45,983 nucleotides of DNA from an uncultured Clostridia bacterium (GCA_964614935.1 CAZTML010000001.1:1-45983), one strand, 5' to 3'. Positions 1 to 9,753 are shown, counted from the stretch's first letter. Notes: generated by a model not told the origin, from the letters alone. Numbers and translations: made by a program.

Positions 1-2
1 CA

Positions 3-689
3 GGCTTATTTGAGTTAGCAGATGGAGGAACCTTATTTTTAGATGAGATAAATTCAATGCCACTAGATTTGCAAACTAAGCTTTTAAGAGTGATTCAGGA
101 CGGCAGGGTTAGACGAGTAGGGTCCAGTAAAACAACCCTTGTTGATGTCAGGATTATATCAGCAATTAATACAGATATTATGACAGTTGTTGAAACAAAA
201 CAGATAAGACAAGATTTGTTTTTCAGGCTTAATGTTATAACTTTAGTTATTCCTGACCTTAGCAAAAGAAGGGATGATATACCTCTTTTAGTTGAACATT
301 TCATAAAAAAATACAATGAAAAAATTAATAAGTACTTTAATGGAGTATCGAAAGAAGTTATGGATATATTTTTAGATTACTCCTGGCCAGGCAATGTTAG
401 AGAGCTTGAACATGCCATTGAAAGTGCCATGTCACTTTATGATGGTGAAATTATAAGGGAGGAACATCTACCCTTCCAATTTAAAAACTATCAGCCAAAA
501 AATAATTTTTCAATAGACGCCGGTATACAACCCTTAAATGTTGCAGTTGATAGATTAGAGCGAGAAATAATCACATCCGCTCTTGAACAAACAGATTACA
601 ATATAACAAAAGCCTCAGAACTAATTAGTGTTCCAAGACAGACCCTGCAATACAAAATAAAAAAATTAGAAATCCCATTTAAACAATAA
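3..689 (+). CDS. Sigma54-dependent transcriptional activator (RocR/NtrC-type AAA+ with Fis HTH), 5'-truncated by the window edge
   Basis: Frame open from base 3: GLFELADGGTLFLDEI (Walker B), RQDLFFRLNV, WPGNVRELE, C-terminal HTH NITKASELISVPRQTLQYKIKK. Confidence 0.92.
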   Translation, partial: GLFELADGGTLFLDEINSMPLDLQTKLLRVIQDGRVRRVGSSKTTLVDVRIISAINTDIMTVVETKQIRQDLFFRLNVITLVIPDLSKRRDDIPLLVEHFIKKYNEKINKYFNGVSKEVMDIFLDYSWPGNVRELEHAIESAMSLYDGEIIREEHLPFQFKNYQPKNNFSIDAGIQPLNVAVDRLEREIITSALEQTDYNITKASELISVPRQTLQYKIKKLEIPFKQ

Positions 690-711
690 AAAGGGCAAAT
701 CAACGGGTCAA

Positions 712-846
712 CGGGGACGGTTTGGTTAGAGGCGAATTGTAGTTTGCCCTAAATGAAACCAGATAACTATGACAGTTATCTGGTTTCTCTATTTTAAATA
801 GCTTGACTATCAAGCAAACTGCAAAATCGCCACCGAAGCGTCCCCG
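712..846. repeat. Long imperfect palindrome (REP-like, GGGGACGG type) enclosing a terminator hairpin
   Basis: CGGGGACG(712-719)/CGTCCCCG(839-846); GGCGA/TCGCC; TTGTAGTTTGC/GCAAACTGCAA. Confidence 0.65.
755..787. terminator. Probable bidirectional intrinsic terminator between convergent genes
   Basis: Perfect 14-bp stem GAAACCAGATAACT / AGTTATCTGGTTTC with a 5-nt loop. Confidence 0.7.
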
Positions 847-864
847 AAAATTTGAAATGCTCTG

Positions 865-1962
865 CTATTTTACTAAGCCGGTACTTTTGATAATCATATC
901 AAAATATATGTTTATGTCTGCTGCTTCAAATATTTCATCGTATTTGTCAGAGATTTTTTTATAATCCTGCTTATGATATTTATATAAATCATCCTTGATT
1001 TTTAATAAATCTGTTTTATAATCATGCTGTAGTTTATCTACAACTTTTTCAGTATCGGTTAAAATGCTTTTAATAGCTTCCTCTTTAATTTTATTAAGGT
1101 AAAATTGATCTTCAAGTTTATTGCTTCCAACGATAAATGAATCTATGTAGCTGTACAGTGTTGCATAGTAATTAACCGTTAACTTATCGCCGCTTATATC
1201 CATATCCTTTGTCATAATAACATTTACGACACCTAATGAAACATTTATGTCTTCGACCGTAATATTTACATTTCTGATTTTAGCTTTGTTGGGATTTAGT
1301 AAAACCATAAGAGCAGATACTTCATCGGGTTCTAAAAATCCAAGTAATTCATATTCCTTAAAAACTGCAGCTCTTTCAATTTTTAAACTCTTTTCGTTAA
1401 CCTCAACCACGGGTATCATTACATTACCGGTTTTTCCAAGATTTAAAACTGCCTCATCAAATGTATATATATCTTGATAATTTTCTCTCTTAAGTTTAAT
1501 AAGCATTTCACTTAAAAACCTCCCTACAATAGGATTAGAGGGTATTTCTGTGTTTATCATATCCTCTGCTTTACCTTTTGCAATACATATTTTGACTCTT
1601 CTGTTCATTTGTGGTGACCGCTGAATTTCATCAAAAATTCTTTTGACTGATTTAGAATCACTTGCCAGGTCCTCCCCAAGCACAATTACCTGCATCAGCC
1701 TATCTGAAATTGCTTTTTCTGAATGAAGGTAACTTGTTGCATAAAAATCTGCAAAATTTATTGCGTTTTTTGTATATATCAATCTTTGTTCTTCACTTCC
1801 TTCATTTATTTTTGGTATTTCTGAAGTGAATGTGAGATCTTTAGCATTTTTGTCAATTCCTACTGCATATATATATTCCCTTTTATTTATTTCAACGCTG
1901 TCCCAACAAGATGTTAACAATAGGGATGTTATTATTATAATTAGTATTTTTATGTTTTTCAT
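865..1962 (-). CDS. gerKC: Ger(x)C family spore germination lipoprotein
   Basis: Lipobox LLLTSC followed by WDSVEIN..IYAVGID; last gene of the A-B-C operon. Confidence 0.88.
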   Translation of the reverse strand: MKNIKILIIIITSLLLTSCWDSVEINKREYIYAVGIDKNAKDLTFTSEIPKINEGSEEQRLIYTKNAINFADFYATSYLHSEKAISDRLMQVIVLGEDLASDSKSVKRIFDEIQRSPQMNRRVKICIAKGKAEDMINTEIPSNPIVGRFLSEMLIKLKRENYQDIYTFDEAVLNLGKTGNVMIPVVEVNEKSLKIERAAVFKEYELLGFLEPDEVSALMVLLNPNKAKIRNVNITVEDINVSLGVVNVIMTKDMDISGDKLTVNYYATLYSYIDSFIVGSNKLEDQFYLNKIKEEAIKSILTDTEKVVDKLQHDYKTDLLKIKDDLYKYHKQDYKKISDKYDEIFEAADINIYFDMIIKSTGLVK

Positions 1963-1992
1963 TTGTACCTCTTTTCTTTCTCCCTTCCTCTA

Positions 1993-2093
1993 ATGAGATC
2001 CGACCCTATCGCTCAGAATTATCACGTGTTATCGATACTATAGTAAATGAATGTTTTCTCCTTTGTCATCCTGAGTGTAACGAAGGATCTCAT
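1993..2093. repeat. Family A REP-like inverted dimer (TGTCATYCTGA...GAAGRATCT)
   Basis: ATGAGATCC..CTATCGCTCAGAAT (1993-2019) and TGTCATCCTGAGTGTAACGAAGGATCTCAT (2064-2093); similar units at 6421, 18534, 28807, 34345 and 37734. Confidence 0.75.
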
Positions 2094-2114
2094 AATAACT
2101 AATACATTTGGAAC

Positions 2115-3203
2115 TTAGGAAGATAAACCCCTTTGTTTTTTCTTATCTATTATAGCTGCTATTAAGGGTATCAATAGATTTAGACCACTCAGTACAATTA
2201 TAGGCCATTGAATATATGGAAACATCATATACATTCCAGGTAGTAGGGCTGCCATAACATATAAAATCGGAATTTGGATAAATACAAAGTACCCATTTTC
2301 TCTTGTTTTAAATGTTTCCTGCATTGCCATATTTGCAAAATATGCAATAATACATATACAAGAAAATGTAACTATTAATTGAAAGCATAAACCTACTATT
2401 TCAGTACTTTCAAAAAAGAACCCGGGAATATTTTCAAATTTCATTACAGATATAAATGGCCATACTAAGTGTACTGACTCCTTAACTCCAAACTTAATAA
2501 TTATCAACAAGTAACAAGCGATATACAAAATTGAACTAATTATAATAAATTTTTTGTTTATTCCCTTATTGTTTTCTTGAACTGTTACCTTGCTGTTTGA
2601 AAATAATAATATAGAGAAACCAAAAAATCCAAGTATTGATCCGGGAACAGACTTTACAACACCTGTAAAATCAAAGGGATATATGGGAAAAACATTTGAA
2701 TAATCAGCATAATATGTAGAAAATATTATTAAAAGCAAATATGGTATAAAAGCAATTAAAACAGCTATGGAAGCTATATTTGCAATTGTTTTTATTCCCT
2801 TCTTGGTGGCGTAAGAAGCCGTAAGCAAAATTATGATTATAATTGTACCTAAGGGAGTTCTGAAAAGCATCATCAGTTTTATTTGCTCTGAAAAATCTTT
2901 TATTAATATAGAATTTGCAATTATAAACATACCTATATAGTATATTCCTATTAATTTTGATAAAAACTTGGGAAATATTCTATTTACTATACTTAAAATT
3001 GAATCGTCTTTATACCTGAGCATCATTTTGCTAATTGGTTTTAATGCAAAATATAATGCAAGAGCTGCAATTATTATTGTCATCCAACCAACAGGTCCAT
3101 CAATTTCAGATAATAAAAGGGGCATCAAAATGGATTGAAAGGCGAATGATACTAATATTAAGATTGATAAATTTTGATATGGTGTAATTTTTTGTTCAAA
3201 CAT
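2115..3203 (-). CDS. gerKB: GerAB/ArcD/ProY family spore germination permease
   Basis: About 10 hydrophobic segments, LFRTP and FENIPGFFFESTE motifs; lies between the GerA and GerC subunit genes. Confidence 0.85.
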   Translation of the reverse strand: MFEQKITPYQNLSILILVSFAFQSILMPLLLSEIDGPVGWMTIIIAALALYFALKPISKMMLRYKDDSILSIVNRIFPKFLSKLIGIYYIGMFIIANSILIKDFSEQIKLMMLFRTPLGTIIIIILLTASYATKKGIKTIANIASIAVLIAFIPYLLLIIFSTYYADYSNVFPIYPFDFTGVVKSVPGSILGFFGFSILLFSNSKVTVQENNKGINKKFIIISSILYIACYLLIIIKFGVKESVHLVWPFISVMKFENIPGFFFESTEIVGLCFQLIVTFSCICIIAYFANMAMQETFKTRENGYFVFIQIPILYVMAALLPGMYMMFPYIQWPIIVLSGLNLLIPLIAAIIDKKKQRGLSS

Positions 3204-4709
3204 TTATTTTCCCTTTCCTTTTTCAACCTGCAAATATTTTGGTTTTCGCACTAAGTCTTTTATTTTTGGTCTTATTATAGTATCTTTTAAGTCTCTTTTT
3301 CTTTCAATAAAGTGGGTCATAGGGGTTAAATAAGGAACTCCGAAACTTTTTAAAGTACAAAGATGGATAATTAGAATGCACAATCCAATAGATATTCCAA
3401 ATAACCCAAAAAAGGCAGCAAGTATTATAAAAGCAAATCTAATCATTCTCAGTGATGTACTGAAGTTGTAACTTGGTATTGCAAAAGATGCAAGGGCTGT
3501 TAATGCAACTATTATAACTGCTATTGGAGTAATTAACCCTGCATCAACACTAGCTGTTCCTATAACCAAACCACTTACTAATCCTATGGTAGAACCAACG
3601 GGGGTTGTAATTCTCATGGATGCTTCCCTGACAAGCTCCATTACCAATTCCATTATCAATGCTTCAAAATATGGCGGAAAGGGTACATTAGCTCTCGAAG
3701 CAGCTACATAAAGTGCAAGCTGAGTTGGCAGCATATTTGGATGAAATTGTGCTACGGCCACGTAAAATGCCGGCAAAAGCATAACTATGGGTAGTGCTAT
3801 ATACCTTATCATCCTTATTAAGCAAGCTAGCATCCATCTTTCATAATAATCTTCAGATGATTGCATAAATGATACAAATGTTGCAGGTGCCATCAATACA
3901 GTAGGTGTGTTATCAACTGCAATTACAACCCTTCCTTCAAGAAGGGCGGAAGCCGCCGCATCCGGTCTTTCAGTATTTTCTACTTGAGGAAATGGTGAAT
4001 ATGTATCATCCTCAATTAATTCTTCTATATAGGAGCTTTCTAAAACTGCTTCTATATCTATCTTTTTAATTCTTTTCTCTACTTCCTCTAAAACTGTTTT
4101 ATTTACTACATCCTCTATATACAATAAGGCCACGTCTGTCTTGGATCTTGTTCCAACCTGCATGTATTTAATCTTTAATCTTGGATCTCTTATTCTTCTT
4201 CTAATAAGAGTAATATTGATTTTCATTGTTTCTATGAAACCGTCTCTTGCTCCTCTAATAAGTGTTTCTGCTGCCGGTTCTTGAATACCTCTTAATTGCC
4301 ATCCCCTGGAAGAAAGCCATATTGCATGAGGGCATGTATCTATGAACAAAATTGTTTCTCCGACTAGTGCCTTGTCAACACAATCTTGCAATTTTTCCAA
4401 AGTTCCTAATTCAGTTATAGCAATATTTGTTTGCAATATTTCTTCTTGGAGCTTGTTTGCATTTTTGTTTTCTAAAGTTTCTAAATCAACAGATTCCATT
4501 AAGGTTTGAACTGCATACTCACTTATAGAATCTTTTGTAGTCAAACCATCAACATAAAAAAGTAGTATTTTTAATTTTTTATGTTGTCCTACCTTCATAT
4601 TACGAAAGATTATATCATTAACATCTTTAAATACCTCTTTTAAAACTCTTTCATTGTTTTTTAAATCACTGCTAATTTTCATATTTTCTAATTCTTGATA
4701 AATACTCAT
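3204..4709 (-). CDS. gerKA: GerA family spore germination protein
   Basis: EPAAETLIRGARDGFIE, TERPD, LLEGRV, ELVREASMR motifs; GGAGG RBS. Confidence 0.93.
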   Translation of the reverse strand: MSIYQELENMKISSDLKNNERVLKEVFKDVNDIIFRNMKVGQHKKLKILLFYVDGLTTKDSISEYAVQTLMESVDLETLENKNANKLQEEILQTNIAITELGTLEKLQDCVDKALVGETILFIDTCPHAIWLSSRGWQLRGIQEPAAETLIRGARDGFIETMKINITLIRRRIRDPRLKIKYMQVGTRSKTDVALLYIEDVVNKTVLEEVEKRIKKIDIEAVLESSYIEELIEDDTYSPFPQVENTERPDAAASALLEGRVVIAVDNTPTVLMAPATFVSFMQSSEDYYERWMLACLIRMIRYIALPIVMLLPAFYVAVAQFHPNMLPTQLALYVAASRANVPFPPYFEALIMELVMELVREASMRITTPVGSTIGLVSGLVIGTASVDAGLITPIAVIIVALTALASFAIPSYNFSTSLRMIRFAFIILAAFFGLFGISIGLCILIIHLCTLKSFGVPYLTPMTHFIERKRDLKDTIIRPKIKDLVRKPKYLQVEKGKGK

Positions 4710-4717
4710 TATCCCTC

Positions 4718-4918
4718 CTAAATAACTTTCATGATAATTGCTGTAATAGCAATTAAACCGTAAATGATTCCTGTAAACTTGACAATTTTATGATCTCTAT
4801 GGTAATTTTTTTGTTTAAATTCCTTGCTAATTTTAAAGGTTAATATATAGCCTATAACAAGAAAAATTATTATGACATCATAGTTTAAAATTAGTTTTAT
4901 ATGATTTATTAAAGACAT
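4718..4918 (-). CDS. Small two-TM membrane protein leading the ger operon (CLC_0170-like)
   Basis: 66 aa, two hydrophobic helices, AGGAG RBS, 8-bp gap to gerKA. Confidence 0.7.
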   Translation of the reverse strand: MSLINHIKLILNYDVIIIFLVIGYILTFKISKEFKQKNYHRDHKIVKFTGIIYGLIAITAIIMKVI

Positions 4919-4951
4919 AAGATCTCCTTTTTATAAATTATCAAACACTAG

Positions 4952-4981
4952 TAATATTTACATAAACTGTTTAATTTATAC
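4952..4981 (-). promoter_or_regulatory. Putative forespore (SigF/SigG-type) promoter of the ger operon
   Basis: GTATA-N15-GTAAATATTA on the minus strand; same -10 block occurs upstream of spoIIR. Confidence 0.55.
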
Positions 4982-5055
4982 CAATACTTACACATATTAT
5001 TAATTTAATTGTCAATAATAAACCGAAATCGACTAATTAAACTAGGAGGTAGTAT

Positions 5056-5393
5056 GTGAAATACATAGAAAAAAGCATATTTATAAGTCCTGTAGACAGT
5101 CCCTTTGTTCAACAATTTACATTAAAAAAATGATGGATATTATGTTGGTTACAAGTTATAAGTTAATACAGCCTTCATATGGAGGAAAATGTGGTCATCC
5201 CCTCCTAATAAGGTCAGAGTACGTAAATACCATATTTAAGCATGATGGCACAAATGGAATGCGGGGAGTAATAGCCAGTATGGATAAAGATTATATTAAT
5301 GTTTCATTTGCTGATCCTGGCATTATTATGGATGCAGACACAATGGAGGATTATAAAGTTTTATTACATTACTATGATAAAATGTATCGTTGA
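5056..5393 (+). pseudogene. Truncated, frameshifted MocA/YgfJ-like nucleotidyltransferase fragment
   Basis: GTG5056 reads ..IFISPVDSPFVQQFTLKK* and continues in another frame after an A7 run (5124-5130) into ..PSYGGKCGHPLLI..GMRGVI..DPGIIMDADT..DY; no N-terminal LAAG motif seen. Confidence 0.65.
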
Positions 5394-5594
5394 GGTAGAA
5401 TTATGGCATGGTTATGAAAAATCTTATAGAAATAAATGAGAATTACCATAACTATTATAAAAAACTTTATTCTAATATTAATGATTTTGGAGGGAAAATA
5501 ATAAGTGTAAACATTAATAATATAAGTAAGGTAGATGATGAAATCAAATTATTTTTAAATAAAATAATTTGATTATGCCGTCTTCAATCCTTAA

Positions 5595-6293
5595 CTATTG
5601 CGAGAGAGATACGGCATAATTAGGGGATTTATAAGTAGAATCTATACCGGTTTTTTCTACTCTACCTTTTTCTATAAATTCAAATATTCTTGATTTTAGT
5701 TTTATATTATCTATTCCCCTTTTAGTTTTTATAGCATCAATTTCATCTATAGTTAATACTTCCTGAAGTTTTTTCTCTGTTTCAACATCAAATATAGGAA
5801 GGTCTTGATTTTTTCCAAAATCTACAAAACAAAGTGGTGGAAACATTACACACCACCAGTTACTACCTTCTGCATTTCCTATTTCAATTCTAACAGCATC
5901 ATAATACCCTTCCGGCAAAACTATTTCTTCATATATTTTCCGAGGAAACTTGTAGTTCCCGTAATATACATTTATATCATAATTATAACCTTCTTCTTTC
6001 ACTATTTCTTCTGCTTTGCATCTTATTTGATGGATTTTCTCTATAATAATATTTTCACTTTCATTCTTGCTGTATACTTCTTCAAATTCTTCATTAAATG
6101 TTGTTATTATTTGGTTTCTTACCTTATATTTAAGTTGTTGATCTTCAAATGTGTCAGAATTAGCTAGAACATGAAGACGTATTACCTTGCCATTTATCTT
6201 TGAAATACCCTCATAGGCTTCCACCGTATAAGCAATTCCAATTGCCAAAACTACGAATATTGCTGAAATAAATATTTTCTTATAATAATGCAT
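5595..6293 (-). CDS. spoIIR: Stage II sporulation protein R
   Basis: IRLHVLANSD..DQQLKYKVR, FPRKIY..LPEGYYDAVRIEIGNAEGSNWWCVMFPPLCF; signal peptide. Confidence 0.96.
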   Translation of the reverse strand: MHYYKKIFISAIFVVLAIGIAYTVEAYEGISKINGKVIRLHVLANSDTFEDQQLKYKVRNQIITTFNEEFEEVYSKNESENIIIEKIHQIRCKAEEIVKEEGYNYDINVYYGNYKFPRKIYEEIVLPEGYYDAVRIEIGNAEGSNWWCVMFPPLCFVDFGKNQDLPIFDVETEKKLQEVLTIDEIDAIKTKRGIDNIKLKSRIFEFIEKGRVEKTGIDSTYKSPNYAVSLSQ

Positions 6294-6370
6294 TTTTTCT
6301 CCCTTTTTAATATATTATATTTTCTTATTGTAATGACCATTTTCCCCATTTTTTGGTAGTGGCCTAATAG

Positions 6371-6399
6371 TAATATTTACAATTCCGGGATTTTTATAC
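6371..6399 (-). promoter_or_regulatory. Putative SigF promoter of spoIIR
   Basis: GTATA-N14-GTAAATATTA (spacer one base shorter than the Bacillus SigF consensus). Confidence 0.45.
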
Positions 6400-6420
6400 A
6401 TAATATATAAAAAAATAGAA

Positions 6421-6494
6421 TGATTCTTCACCTGTTGGTTCAAAATGACGAAAAAACTATGCTTTTTATATAAGGAATATTCATAACGATGACC
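6421..6494. repeat. Family A REP-like unit with the TATTCATARCRATGAC extension
   Basis: GATTCTTCACCTGTTGGTTCAAAATGACG resembles 37851-37873; TATTCATAACGATGA resembles the reverse complement of 28777-28791. Confidence 0.65.
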
Positions 6495-6525
6495 TTACGC
6501 GAATTAATTTACTGGTACTAGGCTA

Positions 6526-8205
6526 TCAATTATTCAGTTTATATTTTTGCTTCTTTCTAACCAAGGTAGATATATCTATACCTAGTTTCAAGGCTGCTTC
6601 CTTCATATTTTTTGAAACAGCTAGTGTAGATTCAATAATTTCTTTTTCATATTCTTCGGTTTTCTCTTTTAATGTCTTCCTATCACCCATAAATAAATCT
6701 GGCATGTCTTTGCTGTTTCCTGCCAGAACTAAATGTTCTCTGAACAAGCCTGTATCAATATGAGGACTGTCAGTCATCAAGACCAATCGCTCAATTATAT
6801 TTTTTAATTCCCTTATATTGCCCGGCCATTCATAAATTAAAAAGTTTTCTAGGCAACTTGGAGTAAAGTAACAATTTTTACCGTACTTATTATTGTAATA
6901 TTCGAGGAATTGGGTGGATAGGGGTATGATATCTTCCTTTCTGTTTCTCAAGGGAGGAATAATAAATGTTACAACATTTAATCGGTAGTATAAGTCTGCC
7001 CTGAATTTTTTCTCTTCCACAAGCTGTTTTAAATCATGATTTGTAGCAGCAATAATTCGTGCATTAAATTCAATTGGTTGAGTACCACCTATGCGGTAAA
7101 ACATTCTGTCATTTATTGCACTCAAAAGTTTAACTTGGAGAGTATAAGGCATGTCACCTATTTCATCCAGGTACAAAATTCCAGAGTTAGCTTCTTCGAA
7201 AAGTCCCTTTTTACCGCCTCTTTGAGCACCTGTAAATGCTCCTTCTTCATATCCAAAAAATTCTGATTCCAACAAATGCTCTGGGACAGCTCCACAATTA
7301 ATTTTTATAAACTTACCATTTTTTTGGCTAGAGATTCCGTGTATATAAGTAGCAATAAAATCCTTACCTACTCCCGTTTCACCTAAAATTAAAATTGTGC
7401 TATCCACATTGGCTATTTTGTTTGCTTTCGTGTATATGTTTTTCATCTTTGAGTTATTTATGATTTCAACAGGATCATTATCTACCTTAACCTTTAAATC
7501 ATAATTACTTTTAATGAAAAGATTTTTTTCTTTAGTAATATTTTTCATTAAAACATCTAACTCAGACACATCTCTTATAACTGCAATTGTTTTTGCAAGA
7601 TTGCCATTTTCATCAAAAATAGGGGAACCGGAAACTAGGCAACGTTGCCCTTTATAATAATGATTTATGGTTGATACAGGTCCCAAGGTTTCAATAACCT
7701 TTGCACAACATGAATTTGGCAATACACTTTGCTTTCTTAGGTCATAAACTGTTTTTCCTATTATTTGTTCTCTTGAAAGGCCTGAAAGATTTAAAAATGC
7801 ATCATTGACAAAGGTAGTTGTTCCTAATTCGTCTGTAATATATATTCCATCTTTCAATTTATTAAGCATTTCATTATGCAAGTATTGCTGAGAATTAAGC
7901 CTTGAAATTTGTTTTTCAAGCTCGGACCCTATTGTAAATTCATAAAAGAAAAAAGAGTACAAATCATGGTTGTATAGTTTCATTTTATTATGGATAACAT
8001 AATATATGGAGTTATCTACATATTTGACAGAATAAAGGTTCTTATCCATGTTAACCTGTATGTCTTGAAAAAACATTGTAATTTTTTTGTTTAATATATC
8101 TGCTTTAATAACATTAGTTTTAATATAATCGTTACAATATAAAATATTAAATTTGTCATCAGTTATAATAAATCCTAAGTTTAAATCATGCTTAGTAGGT
8201 GGCAT
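6526..8205 (-). CDS. PAS-domain sigma54-dependent activator (bEBP)
   Basis: PAS (DGIYITDELG..FVNDAF), Walker A GETGVGKD, GAFTGA, LYLDEIGD, C-terminal HTH. Confidence 0.95.
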   Translation of the reverse strand: MPPTKHDLNLGFIITDDKFNILYCNDYIKTNVIKADILNKKITMFFQDIQVNMDKNLYSVKYVDNSIYYVIHNKMKLYNHDLYSFFFYEFTIGSELEKQISRLNSQQYLHNEMLNKLKDGIYITDELGTTTFVNDAFLNLSGLSREQIIGKTVYDLRKQSVLPNSCCAKVIETLGPVSTINHYYKGQRCLVSGSPIFDENGNLAKTIAVIRDVSELDVLMKNITKEKNLFIKSNYDLKVKVDNDPVEIINNSKMKNIYTKANKIANVDSTILILGETGVGKDFIATYIHGISSQKNGKFIKINCGAVPEHLLESEFFGYEEGAFTGAQRGGKKGLFEEANSGILYLDEIGDMPYTLQVKLLSAINDRMFYRIGGTQPIEFNARIIAATNHDLKQLVEEKKFRADLYYRLNVVTFIIPPLRNRKEDIIPLSTQFLEYYNNKYGKNCYFTPSCLENFLIYEWPGNIRELKNIIERLVLMTDSPHIDTGLFREHLVLAGNSKDMPDLFMGDRKTLKEKTEEYEKEIIESTLAVSKNMKEAALKLGIDISTLVRKKQKYKLNN

Positions 8206-8293
8206 TTATCTGTCTCCTTTCCTTAAAAAGTAAAAACCACATAAAACAATATTTGATATAGTTTTTACTTTATGATATAATTATTATACGGTA

Positions 8294-8345
8294 GGGTACA
8301 CACCTCTACTTTTGGGATAGTCTCGGTGGATAGAGGAATGTTTCC
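8294..8345. repeat. Family B REP-like hairpin (ACACACCT / AGGAATGT)
   Basis: GGGTACACACCTCTA ... TAGAGGAATGTTTCC; same asymmetric arms at 28433, 31891 and 34177. Confidence 0.7.
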
Positions 8346-8364
8346 ATATTAATTATATATCCAC

Positions 8365-8413
8365 ATATGCAAAATTGCAATGTTATATTTTAATTATATG
8401 CAAGTTTGCATAT
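8365..8413. promoter_or_regulatory. Tandem palindromic enhancer (UAS) for the bEBP
   Basis: ATATGCAAAATTGCAAT and ATATGCAAGTTTGCATAT, about 31 bp apart and 60-110 bp upstream of a -24/-12 promoter. Confidence 0.65.
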
Positions 8414-8474
8414 AAAGTAAAATGTAACTTTTATATAGATGTTTAAATTCCAGCGATTATTTAAAATAAGATTG

Positions 8475-8491
8475 TTGGCACAAAAAATGCT
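8475..8491 (+). promoter_or_regulatory. Sigma54 -24/-12 promoter of thl-atoD-atoA
   Basis: TTGGCACAAAAAATGCT: GG at 8477-8478 and GC at 8489-8490, exact spacing. Confidence 0.85.
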
Positions 8492-8527
8492 ATATAATAA
8501 ATGAATAAAAAATTAGGAGGCACAGTA

Positions 8528-9709
8528 ATGAAAAAAGCAGTAATCGTTTCAGCAGCAAGAACACCTATCGGATCATTCGGCGGTGCTTTTGCTTCATTGT
8601 CAGCTGTTGATTTAGGCGTAGTAGCAGCAAAAGAAGCTATAAAAAGGGCAGGAATAGAACCTTCAATGGTTGAAGAAGTTTATTTAGGAAATGTTTTAGG
8701 GGCTGGTTTAGGGCAAAACGTTGCAAGACAAGTAACATTAGGAGCAGGAATCCCTGAAGAAACTCCTGCATTAACAATCAACATGGTTTGTGGTTCAGGT
8801 TTAAGAGCAGTAAGCATGGCAGCACAGTTTATTGAAAGCGGTCAATGTGACGTTATTTTATGTGGTGGTACTGAAAGTATGACCAATGCTCCATACATTT
8901 TACCGAAGGCTAGATGGGGACATAGAATGGGCGACGGCAAAGTTGTAGATTACATGGTTTATGATGGCTTATGGGATGTTTACAATAACTATCATATGGG
9001 CGTAACAGCTGAAAATGTTGCAGCACAGTACGGAATTACAAGAGAAGAACAAGATGCATTTGCTGCACAAAGTCAAAACAGAGCAGAAGCAGCTCAAAAA
9101 TCAGGAAGATTTGCAGAAGAAATAGTACCTGTTTCTATTCCTCAAAGGAAAGGTGACCCTGTAGTAATAGATACTGATGAGTATCCAAGACATGGAGCAT
9201 CTCTTGAAGGTATGGCAAAATTAAAACCTGCATTTATTAAGGATGGAACAGTTACAGCAGGTAATGCATCAGGAATAAATGACGGTGCAGCAGCTTTTAT
9301 AGTTATGAGCAAAGATAAGGCAGATGAACTTGGATTAGAATATTTATGTGAAGTTGCTGGATATGGCTCAGCAGGAGTTGATCCAAAAGTTATGGGTTTA
9401 GGACCTATCCCTGCAAGTAAAAAAGCTTTAGCTAATGCTGGCTGGACAGTAGAAGACTTAGACTTAGTAGAAGCAAATGAAGCTTTTGCAGCACAAGCAC
9501 TTGCAGTTACTCGTGATTTAGGATTAGATCCTGAAAAAACAAATGTTAACGGCGGAGCAATAGCTTTAGGACACCCAATCGGAGGTTCAGGAGCAAGAAT
9601 CCTTGTTACTCTAATTTATGAAATGCAAAAAAGAGATGTTAATAAAGGTCTTGCCACTTTGTGTATAGGCGGCGGAATGGGAACTAGCTTATTAGTAGAA
9701 AGAAAGTAA
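8528..9709 (+). CDS. thl: Acetyl-CoA C-acetyltransferase (thiolase)
   Basis: NMVCGSG, NEAFAAQ, GHPIG, CIGGGMG; start moved to ATG8528, which follows an AGGAGG RBS. Confidence 0.96.
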   Translation: MKKAVIVSAARTPIGSFGGAFASLSAVDLGVVAAKEAIKRAGIEPSMVEEVYLGNVLGAGLGQNVARQVTLGAGIPEETPALTINMVCGSGLRAVSMAAQFIESGQCDVILCGGTESMTNAPYILPKARWGHRMGDGKVVDYMVYDGLWDVYNNYHMGVTAENVAAQYGITREEQDAFAAQSQNRAEAAQKSGRFAEEIVPVSIPQRKGDPVVIDTDEYPRHGASLEGMAKLKPAFIKDGTVTAGNASGINDGAAAFIVMSKDKADELGLEYLCEVAGYGSAGVDPKVMGLGPIPASKKALANAGWTVEDLDLVEANEAFAAQALAVTRDLGLDPEKTNVNGGAIALGHPIGGSGARILVTLIYEMQKRDVNKGLATLCIGGGMGTSLLVERK

Positions 9710-9718
9710 AAAATTTAC

Positions 9719-9753
9719 CATCCCTGGAAGCTTGTAACAAGCTTCCAAGGATG
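9719..9753 (+). other. Intercistronic hairpin without U-tract (possible mRNA stability element)
   Basis: CATCCCTGGAAGCTTGT / ACAAGCTTCCAAGGATG between thl and atoD. Confidence 0.5.

Noticed and set aside
692-846. Riboswitch interpretation of the alternative pairings
   Set aside because: Lies at the 3' ends of two convergent genes with no downstream gene to control, and no known aptamer consensus was recognised
2017-2034. TCACGTG core as a possible parS site
   Set aside because: Flanks do not match TGTTNCACGTGAAACA; no convincing parS was seen by eye, though the search was not exhaustive
5408-5572. 54-codon ORF as a real small gene
   Set aside because: Very AT-rich with no recognisable motif, in a decayed region; mentioned only as part of the pseudogene finding
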